64,000 nucleotides of DNA from Octopus vulgaris. Its lineage: Eukaryota. The stretch covers positions 11,098,001 to 11,162,000 of the forward strand of contig OX597837.1 of NCBI GenBank assembly GCA_951406725.2, written 5' to 3'. The translations under genes were made by a program, and so were the position numbers. Shown in pieces: positions 13,702 through 26,067 of the stretch (position 1 is its first letter; the number at the start of each line of letters is the position of its first letter). The notes under the pieces were generated by a model, which saw only the letters and a list, made by a program, of their open reading frames with translations, searched no databases and was not told the origin of the DNA.

Positions 13702-13754
<53 letters not shown>

Positions 13755-14319
13755 TTATGAATATATAAACATATGTCCTTTTATCATGTTAAGCCATTAC
13801 TTCCTACACATTTTTTCTCCCTCCATTGTTATTATTATTATTATTATTATATTTGTGCAGAACACATCGGATGTGTTTTCGAACGTTCCCAGTAAGTTCA
13901 GTTCAAAATATTTATTTTCACCAGGAGTGGTGTCTTTTGGCAATAATTATTTTATTCCAAGCTGCGAATAGAAACACCCAGGAACCTGTTGCTGGTTTTC
14001 TATAGTTGTTTAGCCCACAGAGGGGCGATATTCGGCCCACCATATAATTTCGATGGGCGTTAATTTAATTGAATCAAACAAAACTCAACACGATGGAAGA
14101 GCTGTGAAAAATCAAAATAACCCCTCCTACCCATATGGTAATGGCTGAAGATTTCCTCCCCCTCCTTACCTCCGTTACAGGCAACAATACGGGGGAAGGG
14201 GAGGAGGAGAAAAACAAAGTCGTGGTACAAAGTCCGAATAACAGTATCAGCAATAGTAGCAGAAACACTAACAGTGGTAGAAAAGACAGCAGCAGCAGAC
14301 GCAACAGTCAGAACAGCTA

Positions 14320-14512
14320 CGGCAATGGCCCAATGGTTAGGGCAGCGGACTCGAGGTCGGAGGATCGCGGTTTCGATTCTCAGACCGGGCGTTGTGTGTG
14401 TTTATTGAGCGAAAACACCTAAAGCTCCACGAGGCTCCGACAGGGGGTGGTGGCGACCCCTGTTGTACTCTTTCGCCCCAACTTTCTCTCACTTTTTCTT
14501 CCTGTTTCTTGT
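14320..14512 (+). mobile_element. SINE C 5' half
   Basis: tggcccaatggttagggcagcggactcg...gtttcgattc...gagcgaaaacacctaaagctccacgaggctccg. Confidence 0.85.
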
Positions 14513-14859
14513 CCCCGACATCCTACGCAACCGTTGAGCCTGGATGCGTATTCATCCATCCGTCGATGCTCTCGGTGTCGGGGGTTGACCTCTTTTCTCT
14601 TCAGCGGGTCTTACGAATAGCAAAGGACCACGTTTCGGACTTCTCCCATCTTGCGAGCTCTGGGACGAAGACCGTTCGCTCAACAGCAAGAGCAACAGCT
14701 GCTACAGCAGTAGTAGAAGTGATAGCAACAACAACCACGAAAAAGACAGCAATCTGCAGCGGTGGTAGCGATAAAAACGACAACGAGAGCTCTGAGAAAC
14801 GAGGGGATCAAAGCTGTTCGATGGGCCCACGTGGTGGAGGCGCAGCATGGTAACAAAAC

Positions 14860-15940
14860 CACAATTTGGTCTTAAACGGACCGAGACGGATACAAGCTGA
14901 GTGATTCTAGGCAGATGTGTGAGGCCTTTCGCCAGCACTTTGCCCGATTGTTCGGAGAGAGTGGCAGGGCGAAGGTGGCGGACTTCAGTCCCTACCTCGA
15001 CAGCTTGCCGCGTCTCTCGATGGCAGATGCTGAGTGCTGTGAAAGGTAGATAACTTCAGCCGAAATTAAGGATGCCATTGTCGGCTGCACGAGGCGCACG
15101 TCACCCGGTTTAGATGGTCTGCCCTATGAACATTACGTAAATATGCCAGACTTGTTCTCTGATCTCCTCAAAGCGCTCTACTAAACTGGCAACAGAACGG
15201 GTGTATTCCCAGTTTTGTGAGCCAGGGCGTAGTGACGCTGATAAAGAAGGACGAAAACAAGAGGGACACATTAGATAACTTCAGGCCCATAACTCTGCTC
15301 AACACAGAGTTTAAGATTTTGGCAAAGTATTAGCAAAAAGGTTTGCGCTTGTCGTCGAGGATTTGGTTTGGGAGGCGCAAACCTGCGCAGTCGCGAGTAG
15401 GTCCATACACGACAACTTCCACCTCAGGCGATACATTATAGAAAGGCTTGGGTGTAAACCTGGCTTCGGTTGGGGTGCTGATCAATTTAGATCGATCGAA
15501 AGCATTCGATGGGGTCGACCATCGATATCTAGAGGCTGTCCTCAAAGCGGCTGGCTTCGGCTCCGTCTTCAGAGGTTGGATCGCTGCAATGCACAGCGGC
15601 ATCTGCTCGGTGATCAAAGTTAATAGCCACATCTCGGAACCGTCTCAGATCTCCCGATCGGTCCGTCGAGGTTGTCTTCTCTCCTACCTTCTGTACGTAT
15701 TGACCCTTGAGCCTCTACTTCGGAAGCTGGATCTGCTGCAGGGCATCCCGTTAGAACCGGGACGTAGAAAGGCTGTGTCGGCATAATCGGACGACATCAC
15801 CGTGATGGTGTCGGACACCTCAGACATCGAGGTGGTCGGCACATCATTGGAAGAATATGAAAAGCTGACAGGAGCAAAACTTAACCAGGAAATGTTTGTG
15901 GGCTTGCCTCTCCAGGTGCCAAGTTGAAAGCCCACCGACT
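14860..15940 (+). pseudogene. Tx1/L1-clade LINE ORF2 reverse transcriptase fragment
   Basis: SPGLDGLPYE, NFRPITLLNTEFKILAK, SRSIHDN, INLDRSKAFDGVDH, SVRRGCLLSYLLYVLTLEPL, VSA*SDDITV (decayed YADD), TGAKLN; stops and frameshifts. Confidence 0.9.
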
Positions 15941-15944
15941 TTAC

Positions 15945-15969
15945 TTCATCATAATCATCGTCATCATCA

Positions 15970-16037
<68 letters not shown>

Positions 16038-16073
16038 CTTCTTCTTCTTCTTCTTCTTCTTCTTCTTCTTCTT

Positions 16074-16104
<31 letters not shown>

Positions 16105-16120
16105 TTATTATTATTATTAT
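15945..16120. repeat. Compound triplet microsatellite CAT-CGT-TGT-TCT-TAT
   Basis: Directly visible. Confidence 0.95.
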
Positions 16121-16287
16121 AATCTTTCTTCAAATTTTCTTCCGTTTCTCGCCGAGTGTTTTCCGTACACCTAGGGCAGAGAAGCTCATTGTATGCATTC
16201 CCAGATTACACACGCAAATTCACAGGTAACATATGTATTTAAAATGTTAATAAATACATTGTATTTAAAAAATTAATAAATAAATAA

Positions 16288-16290
<3 letters not shown>
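16121..16290 (-). mobile_element. Short 3' UTR fragment of a Dong-like LINE, flanked by (TAA)n
   Basis: ttcaaattttcttccgtttctcgccgagtgttttccgtacacctagggcaga aligns with 17035-17090 ttcaaatttgcttccatttcttgccgagtgtcttcccgactcctagggcaaa. Confidence 0.75.
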
Positions 16291-16357
<67 letters not shown>

Positions 16358-16837
16358 GAGTGAGAGAGCAGTGCATGCCATCAAAGTGACACTGGGGTAA
16401 AATATACGAAGCCCAATATACCCATCATGACTACCCGTCTGATAAGGGTACACCAGGCACATGCATCATAACCATATGTGCGCGACATGGTGATCTCATA
16501 TCAAGATAAACAGCACATGACCTTGCAGGTGGGGCCCAGTTAGAATTTTCTTCAGGTTGAGTAGCCCATCCCGCTCAAACGGTCCCTGAATAAGGGTTGT
16601 TTTAGGATGTTGAAAGAACCACCCATGTTTCCAGAGGTGAATTATTCAAACCCCAAAGAATCCCTCTCAACACATGGCTATGATGCTCCCCCACTACTTC
16701 TGCTCGTGATCAGAGATGCACATATCGTCAGCCACTAAGGGACATGCTCAACTGGTTAAGGTCAAACAACTGACAAGCAAATCTGTGGTATTGAGCAGAA
16801 TATTTGCTGTAGCCCATCTTTTATACCGCATCAGGGC

Positions 16838-16840
<3 letters not shown>
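16358..16840 (-). mobile_element. Element E: non-coding interspersed repeat in (TAA)n, copy with an internal deletion
   Basis: Near-identical to 37686-38262 with the same two termini; (ATT)n on both sides; strand inferred from TAA polarity. Confidence 0.85.
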
Positions 16841-16903
<63 letters not shown>

Positions 16904-16918
16904 CATCATCATCATCAT

Positions 16919-16954
<36 letters not shown>

Positions 16955-16980
16955 TATTATCATCATCATCATCATCATCA

Positions 16981-17019
<39 letters not shown>

Positions 17020-17021
<2 letters not shown>

Positions 17022-18306
17022 TTTTTTTTCTTCTTTCAAATTTGCTTCCATTTCTTGCCGAGTGTCTTCCCGACTCCTAGGGCAAAGAAACTCATAGTGT
17101 ATATTGGTAGGCCATTAAACAAAACTCAGTAGTTCGTTCATTTTTTTAAAAATTAAAATGCATGAGCAGCAACAGTTCTCACATCGACAATGCTCTTCTC
17201 AATACGTGTGATGTACCAGTTAAGACAATCTTTTGCACTTCTTGCAGGGATGGTAAGCCAGGGATCATTCTCATATAATTTTCGGTTCCCTTCTTGATCA
17301 TTCCTAGTGCTCCTACGATCACTGGTATTGTAACCGCCTTGAGATGCCACATTTTCTCAATTTCAATGAGTAGGTCTTTATATTTTCTGAGCTCGTCAAA
17401 CTCTTTCGCTGAGATATTATGATCACAGGGGATGCTCATGTCGATCAATAAGCAAACTTTATTGTTTTGGTCTTTCACAACAATATCTGGTTTATTGGCC
17501 TTGATGGTTCGGTCTGTATGTACTGGAAAGTCCCACAGAATGGTTACATTTTCTCCTTCAGTTACAGCCTCAGGGTGGTGATTATACCACTTGTCGGCAG
17601 TTTTGATATTGTAATGCCGACTTATTAGCCAGTGGAGATATTGGCCAACTCTGTCATGTCTTAATTTATACTCCACTGGTGCTAAGACTTTACATCCAGA
17701 GATTAGGTGGTCCACTGTTTCAATCATGTCGTTGCAGAATCGGCATTTTGGGTCTGCTCCATTTTTCATCACATTGGCCTGGTAGTTCCGGGTTGATAGG
17801 CTTTGGTCTTGAGCAGCCAGGATGAAACCTTCGCTCTCTGCTTTTAGCCCTGAGCTCCGCAGCCACTGATGGGTTTGCTTCTGGTCAACATCAGCTTGTT
17901 TGCTGCGGGTCACATATTTGCCGTGCAGAGGTTTCTCCTCCCACCTATCAGCCAATTGCTCGTGCGCTTTTTTCATTGCCATTATTTTCACCTTCTTTGC
18001 AACAATAGTTGCCGTACTTCCCTCGGGTTGTCCAGTTTGGGTATCCTGCACGAGATCAATAGCAAATTTTTTGCTTTCCTTGATGATAGAATGAAGCTTC
18101 TTTCGTCTCTCGTGATTTTCCACGAGCTTTAGCATCCAGTCATTCGATATTTCGAGATATTTGGCCAGTCCAATTGTGGTTGTTTTGTAAGCTAGTTCAA
18201 ATTGGATCAGGCCTCGACCTCCTTGGGCTCTGGGAAGGTAAAGGCGATCTACGTCTGCCTTTGGGTGGTGCATCCTATTACAACTCAGCAGCTTGCGTAT
18301 TTTTTT
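17020..18306 (-). mobile_element. 5'-truncated R4/Dong-clade LINE: RT thumb, CCHC finger, restriction-like endonuclease and 3' UTR
   Basis: Uninterrupted frame 18306-17179: RLYLPRAQGGRGL, CRFCNDMIETVDHLISGC, RHD, ILWDF, KPDIVV..LLID, KYKDL, IPVIVGALG; flanked by (TAA)n on both sides. Confidence 0.95.
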
Positions 18307-18308
18307 AA

Positions 18309-18366
<58 letters not shown>

Positions 18367-18377
18367 CATTATTATTA

Positions 18378-18468
<91 letters not shown>

Positions 18469-18470
<2 letters not shown>

Positions 18471-19105
18471 GTTTGACTTGCATTGTATTTGTACAGGTTG
18501 ACTGCAAGTCTAATTCAGAGATCTCAAGAGACAATAAGTTGGAAGTTCAAGTTGGTATGACTAAGGTGCCATATTTTTTTTATTATTTCTGCACAGAGTA
18601 TTGTTCTGGAGACTGTCTGCCAAAACATAAAAAAGTTAGCAGTTGTTATATATATATATTTTTTGGTTTTGCACAAAGTATTGTTCTGGAGAATATCTGT
18701 CAAAACACAAGAAAAGTAGAAGTTTGTTTCAAAATTAATGATCTGAAGATGACAGTAAAAAATATTTGCCATTATTTATATTCAAAAGTATTTTTGATAA
18801 TGTTTACTGGTCAAAATGTTTCTAGAATTACATACACAATTTTTTTTCGTAGGATATGACAAATTCCCATGAGCACTATTTTTTTGAATTTCTTCCAAAT
18901 TTTTGGCTTACCTGGTATCTGAGATAAGTAACAATGAACCCCTTTTGCTATCATTCCCAGGGTACCTATGGTAACAGTTATTGTTTTAGTCTTCAGGTCC
19001 AATGTTTTTGCCAATTTCTATTCCAAAGAATATATATCTTTGCTCAGTTTGTTTTGGTAAGTCTTGACAGATACATTTATGTCGATTAGAACAGTCAGTT
19101 CGATT
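18469..19105 (-). mobile_element. Older, degenerate Dong-like LINE 3' end with a different 3' UTR
   Basis: ITVTIGTLGMIAKG, KKIVLMGICHILRK match the C-terminus of the 17179 ORF; (TAA)n on both sides. Confidence 0.8.
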
Positions 19106-19106
19106 G

Positions 19107-19182
<76 letters not shown>

Positions 19183-19183
<1 letters not shown>

Positions 19184-19630
19184 GGCAGTGAGCCGACAAA
19201 ATCATTAACCCACCTTAAGGTGGCGAGCTGGCAGAAAGGTTAGCGCGCCGGCGAAATGCTTATCGGTATTTCGTCTGCCGTTACGTTCTGAGTTCAAATT
19301 CCACCGAGGTCGACTTTGCCTTTCATGCTTTCAGGGTCGATAAATTAAGCACCAGTTGCGCACTGGGGTCTATGTAATCGACTTAATCCATTTGTCAGTC
19401 CTTGTTTGTTCCCTCTATGTTTAGCTCCTTGTGGGCAATAAAGAAATAAAATCATTAGCCCGCCAGCGGCATTTAGCTCACTTTTACGTTCTGAGTTCAA
19501 ATTCCGCCGAGGTCGACTTTGCCTTCCATTCTTTTGGGGTCGATAAAACAAGTACCAGTTGAGCATGAGAGTTGATGTAATCGACTTAATCCCCGCCCCT
19601 CGTTCGCAATTGCTGGCCTCGTGCCAAACT
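19183..19630 (+). mobile_element. Young SINE A (19219-19447) nested inside an older SINE A
   Basis: Imperfect TSD aaaatcatta(a/g)ccc(a/g)cc at 19198-19214 and 19448-19464. Confidence 0.85.
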
Positions 19631-19940
19631 TTGCAACATGTATTTCAGATATTTCGGATGTTCTACGCATCAACAATTACCAGCACTGGAATAATCTGTA
19701 CGAGACTACCTCTTATCTATTTAATGCAGAACTTATTACAAGGAGTTTTCAATAATTACCGATCGTATAGTGACTGAATACTCAGTATAATATTCGGAAA
19801 TCACGAAATATATCGAAATCTTTAATTACTGAATCGTATGATATCCGGGTGTGGTTTCCACCGCGGAGGAAGAAGAATAAGTTTAGTTCCTTCAAGAAAG
19901 GATTTACAAAGTCGCACGCTATGCTCAGCATAAATTGATT

Positions 19941-19998
<58 letters not shown>

Positions 19999-20043
19999 GT
20001 GCGTATATATATATGTATGCATGTATGTATGTATGTATGTATG

Positions 20044-20159
<116 letters not shown>

Positions 20160-20215
20160 CAGAGAGAGAGAGATATGTATGTAGTGCGTATATATATACA
20201 TATATGTTTGTATGC

Positions 20216-20264
<49 letters not shown>

Positions 20265-20403
20265 GAGAGAGAGAGTGTGAGAGAGATGGATATATGCATA
20301 TGTGTGTGTATGTAAATGTGCGCCTGCATATATGTATAAACATGTATACATACGTACGTAATACATACACACACACACACACACACATACACACACATAG
20401 ACT

Positions 20404-20741
20404 ACTGGCACTTCGTCGGTTACGACAACGAATGTTCCAGTTCATCATCCGATCAACGGAACATCTTGCTCGTGAAATTAACATGCAAGTGGCTGAGTAC
20501 ACCACAGACATGTGTACCCCTTAACGTAGTTTTCGGGGAGGTTCAGCATGACACAGAATGTGACATGGTTGGCCCCTTTGAAATACAAGTAAAAACCAAT
20601 TTTTGCAGCTGAGTGGACTGGGGCCAACGTGAAATAAAGTGGCTTGCTCCTGGACACAATGCAACAATGCATCGCCGGGAGTCGAACTCAGAACCGTACG
20701 ATCAGGAGCCGAATAACCTAACCATTAAGCAACGCATCTTC
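20404..20741 (-). mobile_element. SINE F: tRNA-like head, distinct central domain and SINE C-type tail
   Basis: Reverse complement: gagttcgactcc...ttgtgtccaggagcaagccactttatttcacgttg..ccagtccactcagctg...cgtaaccgacgaagtgcc. Confidence 0.8.
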
Positions 20742-21274
20742 AGCCCCCGCCCCCATTACCACATGTATATAATTGAAAGTACACACAGGGGAACTACAAC
20801 TATATGAAAGAGTACGAAGAGTCATGCCTTATATTTTTAACCGTTAGAATGTTTTTCCAGAAGTGACTCGAGGGCCAAGAGTTTCGTTCATGGTGCATAT
20901 TAAACCGACTTCAAATATGACAGATCGCTTCTTATATAGAATGAAATAATTCAGTTCTTTCTGGAATGTTCGATTACCGATTAATATTTTATTTGCAAAC
21001 AGTCAGCTCGTTACACAGAGTAGTTTGAGAAGAGATAAAACGCTGTATAAATCGCATTCCTAGATATACATGCACACACATTTATCTATACATACCGTAC
21101 AGGCCAACAGGTTTAGGGTCTGAAGAAACGCCGTAAAGCTAAGCACTTTATCGACGTGAAACCAGGGTAACCCCAAAGAACGGCCATATCTATTTTTATA
21201 TACTCTACTGCTCTCTAACTTAGAGTGTGGTTCTTTTTCGGATTTATGATTTACCGACGATATATATATATATA

Positions 21275-21619
21275 TCATCATCATCATCATCATCGTTTAG
21301 CATCCGCTTTCCATGCTGGCATGGGTTGGACGGTTCAACTGGGGTCTGGGAAGCCAGAAGGCTGCACCAGGCCCAGTCAGATCTGGCAATGTTTCTACGG
21401 CTGGATGCCCTTCCTAACGCCAATCACTCCATGAGTGTAGTGGGTGCTTTTTACGTGCCACCGGCACGGAGGCCAGGCGAGGCTGGCAAACGGCCACGAT
21501 CGGATGGTGCTTTTTACGTGCCACTGGCACGGAGGCAGTCGGGGCGGGGCTGGCAATGGCCACGTTCGGATGGTTCTCTTATGTGCCACCGGCACTGGTA
21601 TCACAGCTACAATTTCCAT

Positions 21620-21620
<1 letters not shown>
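21275..21620 (-). mobile_element. RTE-type retroposon 3' end with (GAT)n tail and internal ~55-bp tandem repeats
   Basis: ggctggatgcccttcctaacgccaa motif, terminal ccagcatggaaagcggatgctaaacgatgatgat; three tt(tt)a(c/t)gtgccac(c/t)ggcac units. Confidence 0.65.
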
Positions 21621-21667
<47 letters not shown>

Positions 21668-21849
21668 GTTGCGGTAGAGCCGTGCGGTTTCTTTGGATAT
21701 GTATCTAAGGTTATAAGACAAGGAATGTTGCCCAAGGGGCTGCCTTCCAAGTATTATGATGTTATCAGCATAATGTATGTAAACTTGGTCAAGGAATGCA
21801 CTTCGAGACTTGGTGGCCGAAAGATGTTACCGAACGGATATGATACCAC

Positions 21850-21851
<2 letters not shown>

Positions 21852-21880
<29 letters not shown>

Positions 21881-22400
21881 TGTATGTATGTATGTATGTA
21901 TGTATGTGTGTATGTATGCATGTATGCATGCATGCATGTATGTATGTATGTATGTATGTATGTATGTATGTATGCATGCATGTATGTATGTATATATGCA
22001 TGCATGTATGTATGCATGTATGTATGTATGCATTTATGCATGCATGTATGTATGTATGTATGCATACATGTATGTATGTGTGTATGTATGTATGCATGCA
22101 TGTATGTATGTGTGTATGTATGCATGTATGCATGCATGTATGTATGTATGGATGTATGTATGCATGCATGCATGTGTGTATGTATGTATGTATGCATGCA
22201 TGTATGTATGTGTGTATGTATGTATGCATGCATGTATGTATGTATGTATGCATGTATGCATGGATGCATGTATGTATGTATGTATGTATGTTTGTATGTA
22301 TGTATGTATGTATGTATGTATGTTTGTATGTATGTATGTATGTATGTATGTATGTTTGTATGTATGTGTGTATGTATGTATATATGTATGTATGTATGTA
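21852..22400. repeat. (TATG)n/(CATG) microsatellite
   Basis: Directly visible. Confidence 0.97.
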
Positions 22401-22562
22401 GCCATGGAGTGGTTGAACGATTAACTCAGTGACACAGAACCTTTAAATTGCCATAAACTCGATGGGAATGGCTTGTGTTCGAATGTCTTGCCATTGATTA
22501 AAAGACATCGCTTCGATGTTTCAATGTTTGTCCAAACAGATTATAACATACAATGTTAGTTC

Positions 22563-24032
22563 AACCACCACCATCGCCACCACCATCGCTACCGCCATCG
22601 CCGCCGCCGCCATCACCACCGCCACCACCACCACCACCACCACCGCCACCACCACCACCACCACCACCACCACCACCACCACCGCTGCCACCACCACTGC
22701 CGCCATACCACCACCATCATCAACGCTGCCGCCACCACTGCCAGCACCACTACCACTACCACCACAACAAAAACAACAACCGCCGCCACTACCACCACCA
22801 CTGCCACCGCCACCACCGCCGCCATATCCTTCTCCTACGCTGCTATCACCTCATTCACCGTCGTCACCGCCATCATAGCTATTTCTACTACCACCTCTTA
22901 CCACCAGCACCATCGTTATCCCAAATGTCCCCACCATCGCAGCTACCACCAATACCACGACGACGAACAGGATGACCAACGCCAACGCCACGACCACCAC
23001 CACCATCAACAACAACAATAAAAACAACAGCAGCAACACTATGCCCACCACCACCACCATCACCAACAATACCACAGCCATCACTACAATCCTCACCACC
23101 ACTACCATCACTACCATCACCTCCCCGCCATTACACCATCACGACTGCATGAATCCAACCACCAACACCATCACCAGCAGCAGCACCCGCACCACCAGTG
23201 ATAGTGGAGGAGGCGATGGTGGGGGTGGCGGCAGCGATGGTGGTGGTAGTGGTAGTTGTGATGGTGGTGGTGATGGAGGTAGTGGCGGTAATTATGATGG
23301 TGGTATGGTGATGGTAGTGGTGGTGGAATAGGCGATAGTAATGGTGGTGGTGTTGGTTGTAGCAGCGGTAGTAGTGGTGGTGGTAGTGGTGGTGGTAGTG
23401 GTGGTTGTAGCAGCGGCAGTAGTGGTGGTGGTAGTGGTGGCGATCATCACCCCCACCACCTCAAACACCGCCTTAATGCCAATTCTTCTGCATTACTATC
23501 ACGATCTCAAGTACCATCACAACCACCACAACTATTAACATTACCACTCATTCTCAACCCAGACCACCACCGCCATTACATAGTTAACACCATCCCCCTC
23601 ACCCCCACCACCACCAACAACTATAACAATAACAACAACTATAACAACAGCAACATAATTTCCGGCACTACCACTTTCATATAAAATACCACCCCACACA
23701 CCAACACCATCACTACCATAACCAGCGCCATTATTCCATCACCAATATCAATTCTTCAAACATCACCACCACCTCCTCCTCCTACTCCACCACCACCACC
23801 ACCACCACCACCACCACCACCACCACTACTACCACCACCACCACCACCAATCTCATCACCTCCTTTACACCAATACCACTACCAAGCCTTCAAACACCTC
23901 GACTCCGATGACCACCACCACCACCACCACCACCACCACCACCACCACCACCACCACCACCACTACCTCCTCCACCACCACCACCACCTCAACCACCACC
24001 AACTCCTCCTCCTCCACCACCACCACCACCAC
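22563..24032. repeat. Degenerate (ACC)n region with a central inverted (GGT)n block at ~23200-23440
   Basis: Directly visible strand switch. Confidence 0.9.
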
Positions 24033-24459
24033 CAATATTTGCAATGATTGCATCCAAACCTTAAGGACGGCTCACAAAAGACTGATGCAACGCTAATTGT
24101 ATAGGATGTAGGTGCATATATCGAATTGAATTCTTGCCTTAGGCTCTTAAAGAATTATTGCCGAAGAATCAATATATTTGGACACACTTGAAACCATTCC
24201 TAAGGAAAAGCTCCAAAGCAAATTGGCTTTGGAAGAATCCAGTGATAATATAATCATTTAATAAGCAAGAATAGCTTATCCGCCGCCGCCCATTTTACCT
24301 GTGGAAATCTGAAGAATTCTTGAAAAATGATGTGTTTTAGTGGCGTTCATTAATTTCCTGTTTTTATAAATATTTGGTTTTCGTTAAGTAGTGAAAAGTG
24401 ATCTTTTACGTGTTTCAGTCATCGCATCACAACGGTGATGGGAAACTGTCTCCAAAGGT

Positions 24460-24604
24460 GTTCAAGGATCTCGAAATGTCGGAAAGGAAATCGATCCTGG
24501 TATTTATATCTTTTATAGCCGGGTACTTGTTGTGTCAGTTTTTTTTTCCTGCTGAATCGCTAAGTTACGGGGACGTAAACAAACCGTGGGAAAAACGGCG
24601 AAGG

Positions 24605-24671
<67 letters not shown>

Positions 24672-24950
24672 CGATATATACAAAGGGGATTCCACACAGT
24701 TTTCGTCCACCAATTTAACTCAAACGCGTTTACATACATTCATACATATACACACTTATATATGTGAGCATGCATGTATATACCACGGGCTTCCATATAG
24801 TTTCCATCCACCATATTTAGTCACAAGTCATTAGTCGGTCCGAGGTTATAGTAAAAAAAAAAACACTTCTCAAAGGTGCTGTGCAGTGGGACTGAACATG
24901 AAACCACGACGTTGCAAAGTGAGCTTCTTAACCACTCAGTCACGTTTGCA
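24460..24950 (-). mobile_element. Degenerate SINE B
   Basis: gctaagttacggggacgtaaac...aaggtgctgtgcagtgggactgaac. Confidence 0.7.
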
Positions 24951-25259
24951 TTTGTATACTGATTAAATGTCTTTCAATATTGAGATTGGAATTGAGAACG
25001 GAGTGACAATATCCTCAAAGCACCGAAAAATAAACACCATTCTTGTATTCAGCAACGTCTCATTATTTTCTTTAAATATTAATTTTAAATCCTTGGGATA
25101 AAGTTAATCTCTTCTGGCCTGAGAGAAGATAGCGAAAATGGCTTGGGAATTTCGTCCGTAGTTAAGACCCAATAGCTAAAATAAAAAGTACCTCCCCAAA
25201 AACAAGTTAAACTGTAAGTAATAACAATCTCTGTCTTTTCTCTAAAATGCTGAACAACC

Positions 25260-26037
25260 ATAGGTGCAGTCGTGGCTGTGTGGTGAGAAGCTTGCCTCCC
25301 AACCACATGGTTCCGGGTTCAGTCCCACTCCGTAGGATGTTGGGCAAGTGTCTTCTACAATAGCCGCGGGTCGACCAAAGCCTTGTGAGTGGATTCGGTA
25401 GATGGAAACTGAAAGAAGCCCGTCGTATATATATATATAAAGACCCACTGCCGGAGCCTCGTGGAGCTTTAGGTGTTTTCGCTCAATAAACACTCACAAC
25501 GCCCGGTCTGGCAATCGAAAGCGCGATCCTACGACCGCGAGTTCGCTGCTTTTGCGCCTCCACACATACACACACACACACGCACACATACACACACATA
25601 CACACACACACAAACAGACACACACACATATATATATCTTAATAACGGTCATTTACATAGTAATTTCCCTTTGTTTAACGGTCATTTTCACAGCATTTTT
25701 GTTTGTTTTAATAACTGACGAGATGCCGGAGCAGATTTCCGCCCCGACATCCGAAACTCAGAGTTTTATTATGGCAACCGAATAATTGTCACATATTATA
25801 TTACTGATAAATTCCTCTATTTACATAATATCAAGGTCTCTTTCATTCTTTTGTTGTTTTACCATTATTATTAATATATATACATAGCGGTTCGGCAAAA
25901 GAGACCGATAGAATAAGTACTGGGCTTACAAAGAATAAGTCCCAGGGTCGAGTTACTCGATTAAAGGCGGTGCTCCAGCATGGCCGCAGTCAAATGACTG
26001 AAACAAGTAAAAGAGTAAAAGAGTAAAGAGTAAAGAG
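25260..26037 (+). mobile_element. SINE B split at its TA tract by an inverted SINE C fragment (25443-25560) and a hammerhead-bearing insert (~25640-25870)
   Basis: Head and core 25260-25430; tail tagcggttcggcaaaagagaccgatagaataag...gtaaaagagtaaaagag 25886-26037. Confidence 0.82.
25709..25771 (+). ncRNA. Type I hammerhead ribozyme
   Basis: taataa-CTGACGA-GATGCCGG...CCGACATC-C-GAAAC-tcaga-GTT-ttatta; 6-bp stem I; near-palindromic stem III AACTC-A-GAGTT. Confidence 0.7.
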
Positions 26038-26067
26038 TATATATATATATGTTCATTAAAGTAGTTA

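Noticed and set aside
14320-14392. tRNA-Arg gene (also at 11580 and 28665)
   Set aside because: A/B boxes are present but continue into a shared SINE body with no clean acceptor stem; SINE heads.
18307-18534. N-terminal part of the 451-aa ORF
   Set aside because: Read-through of (TAA)n and a neighbouring element's UTR; the LINE-derived frame starts at ~18306.
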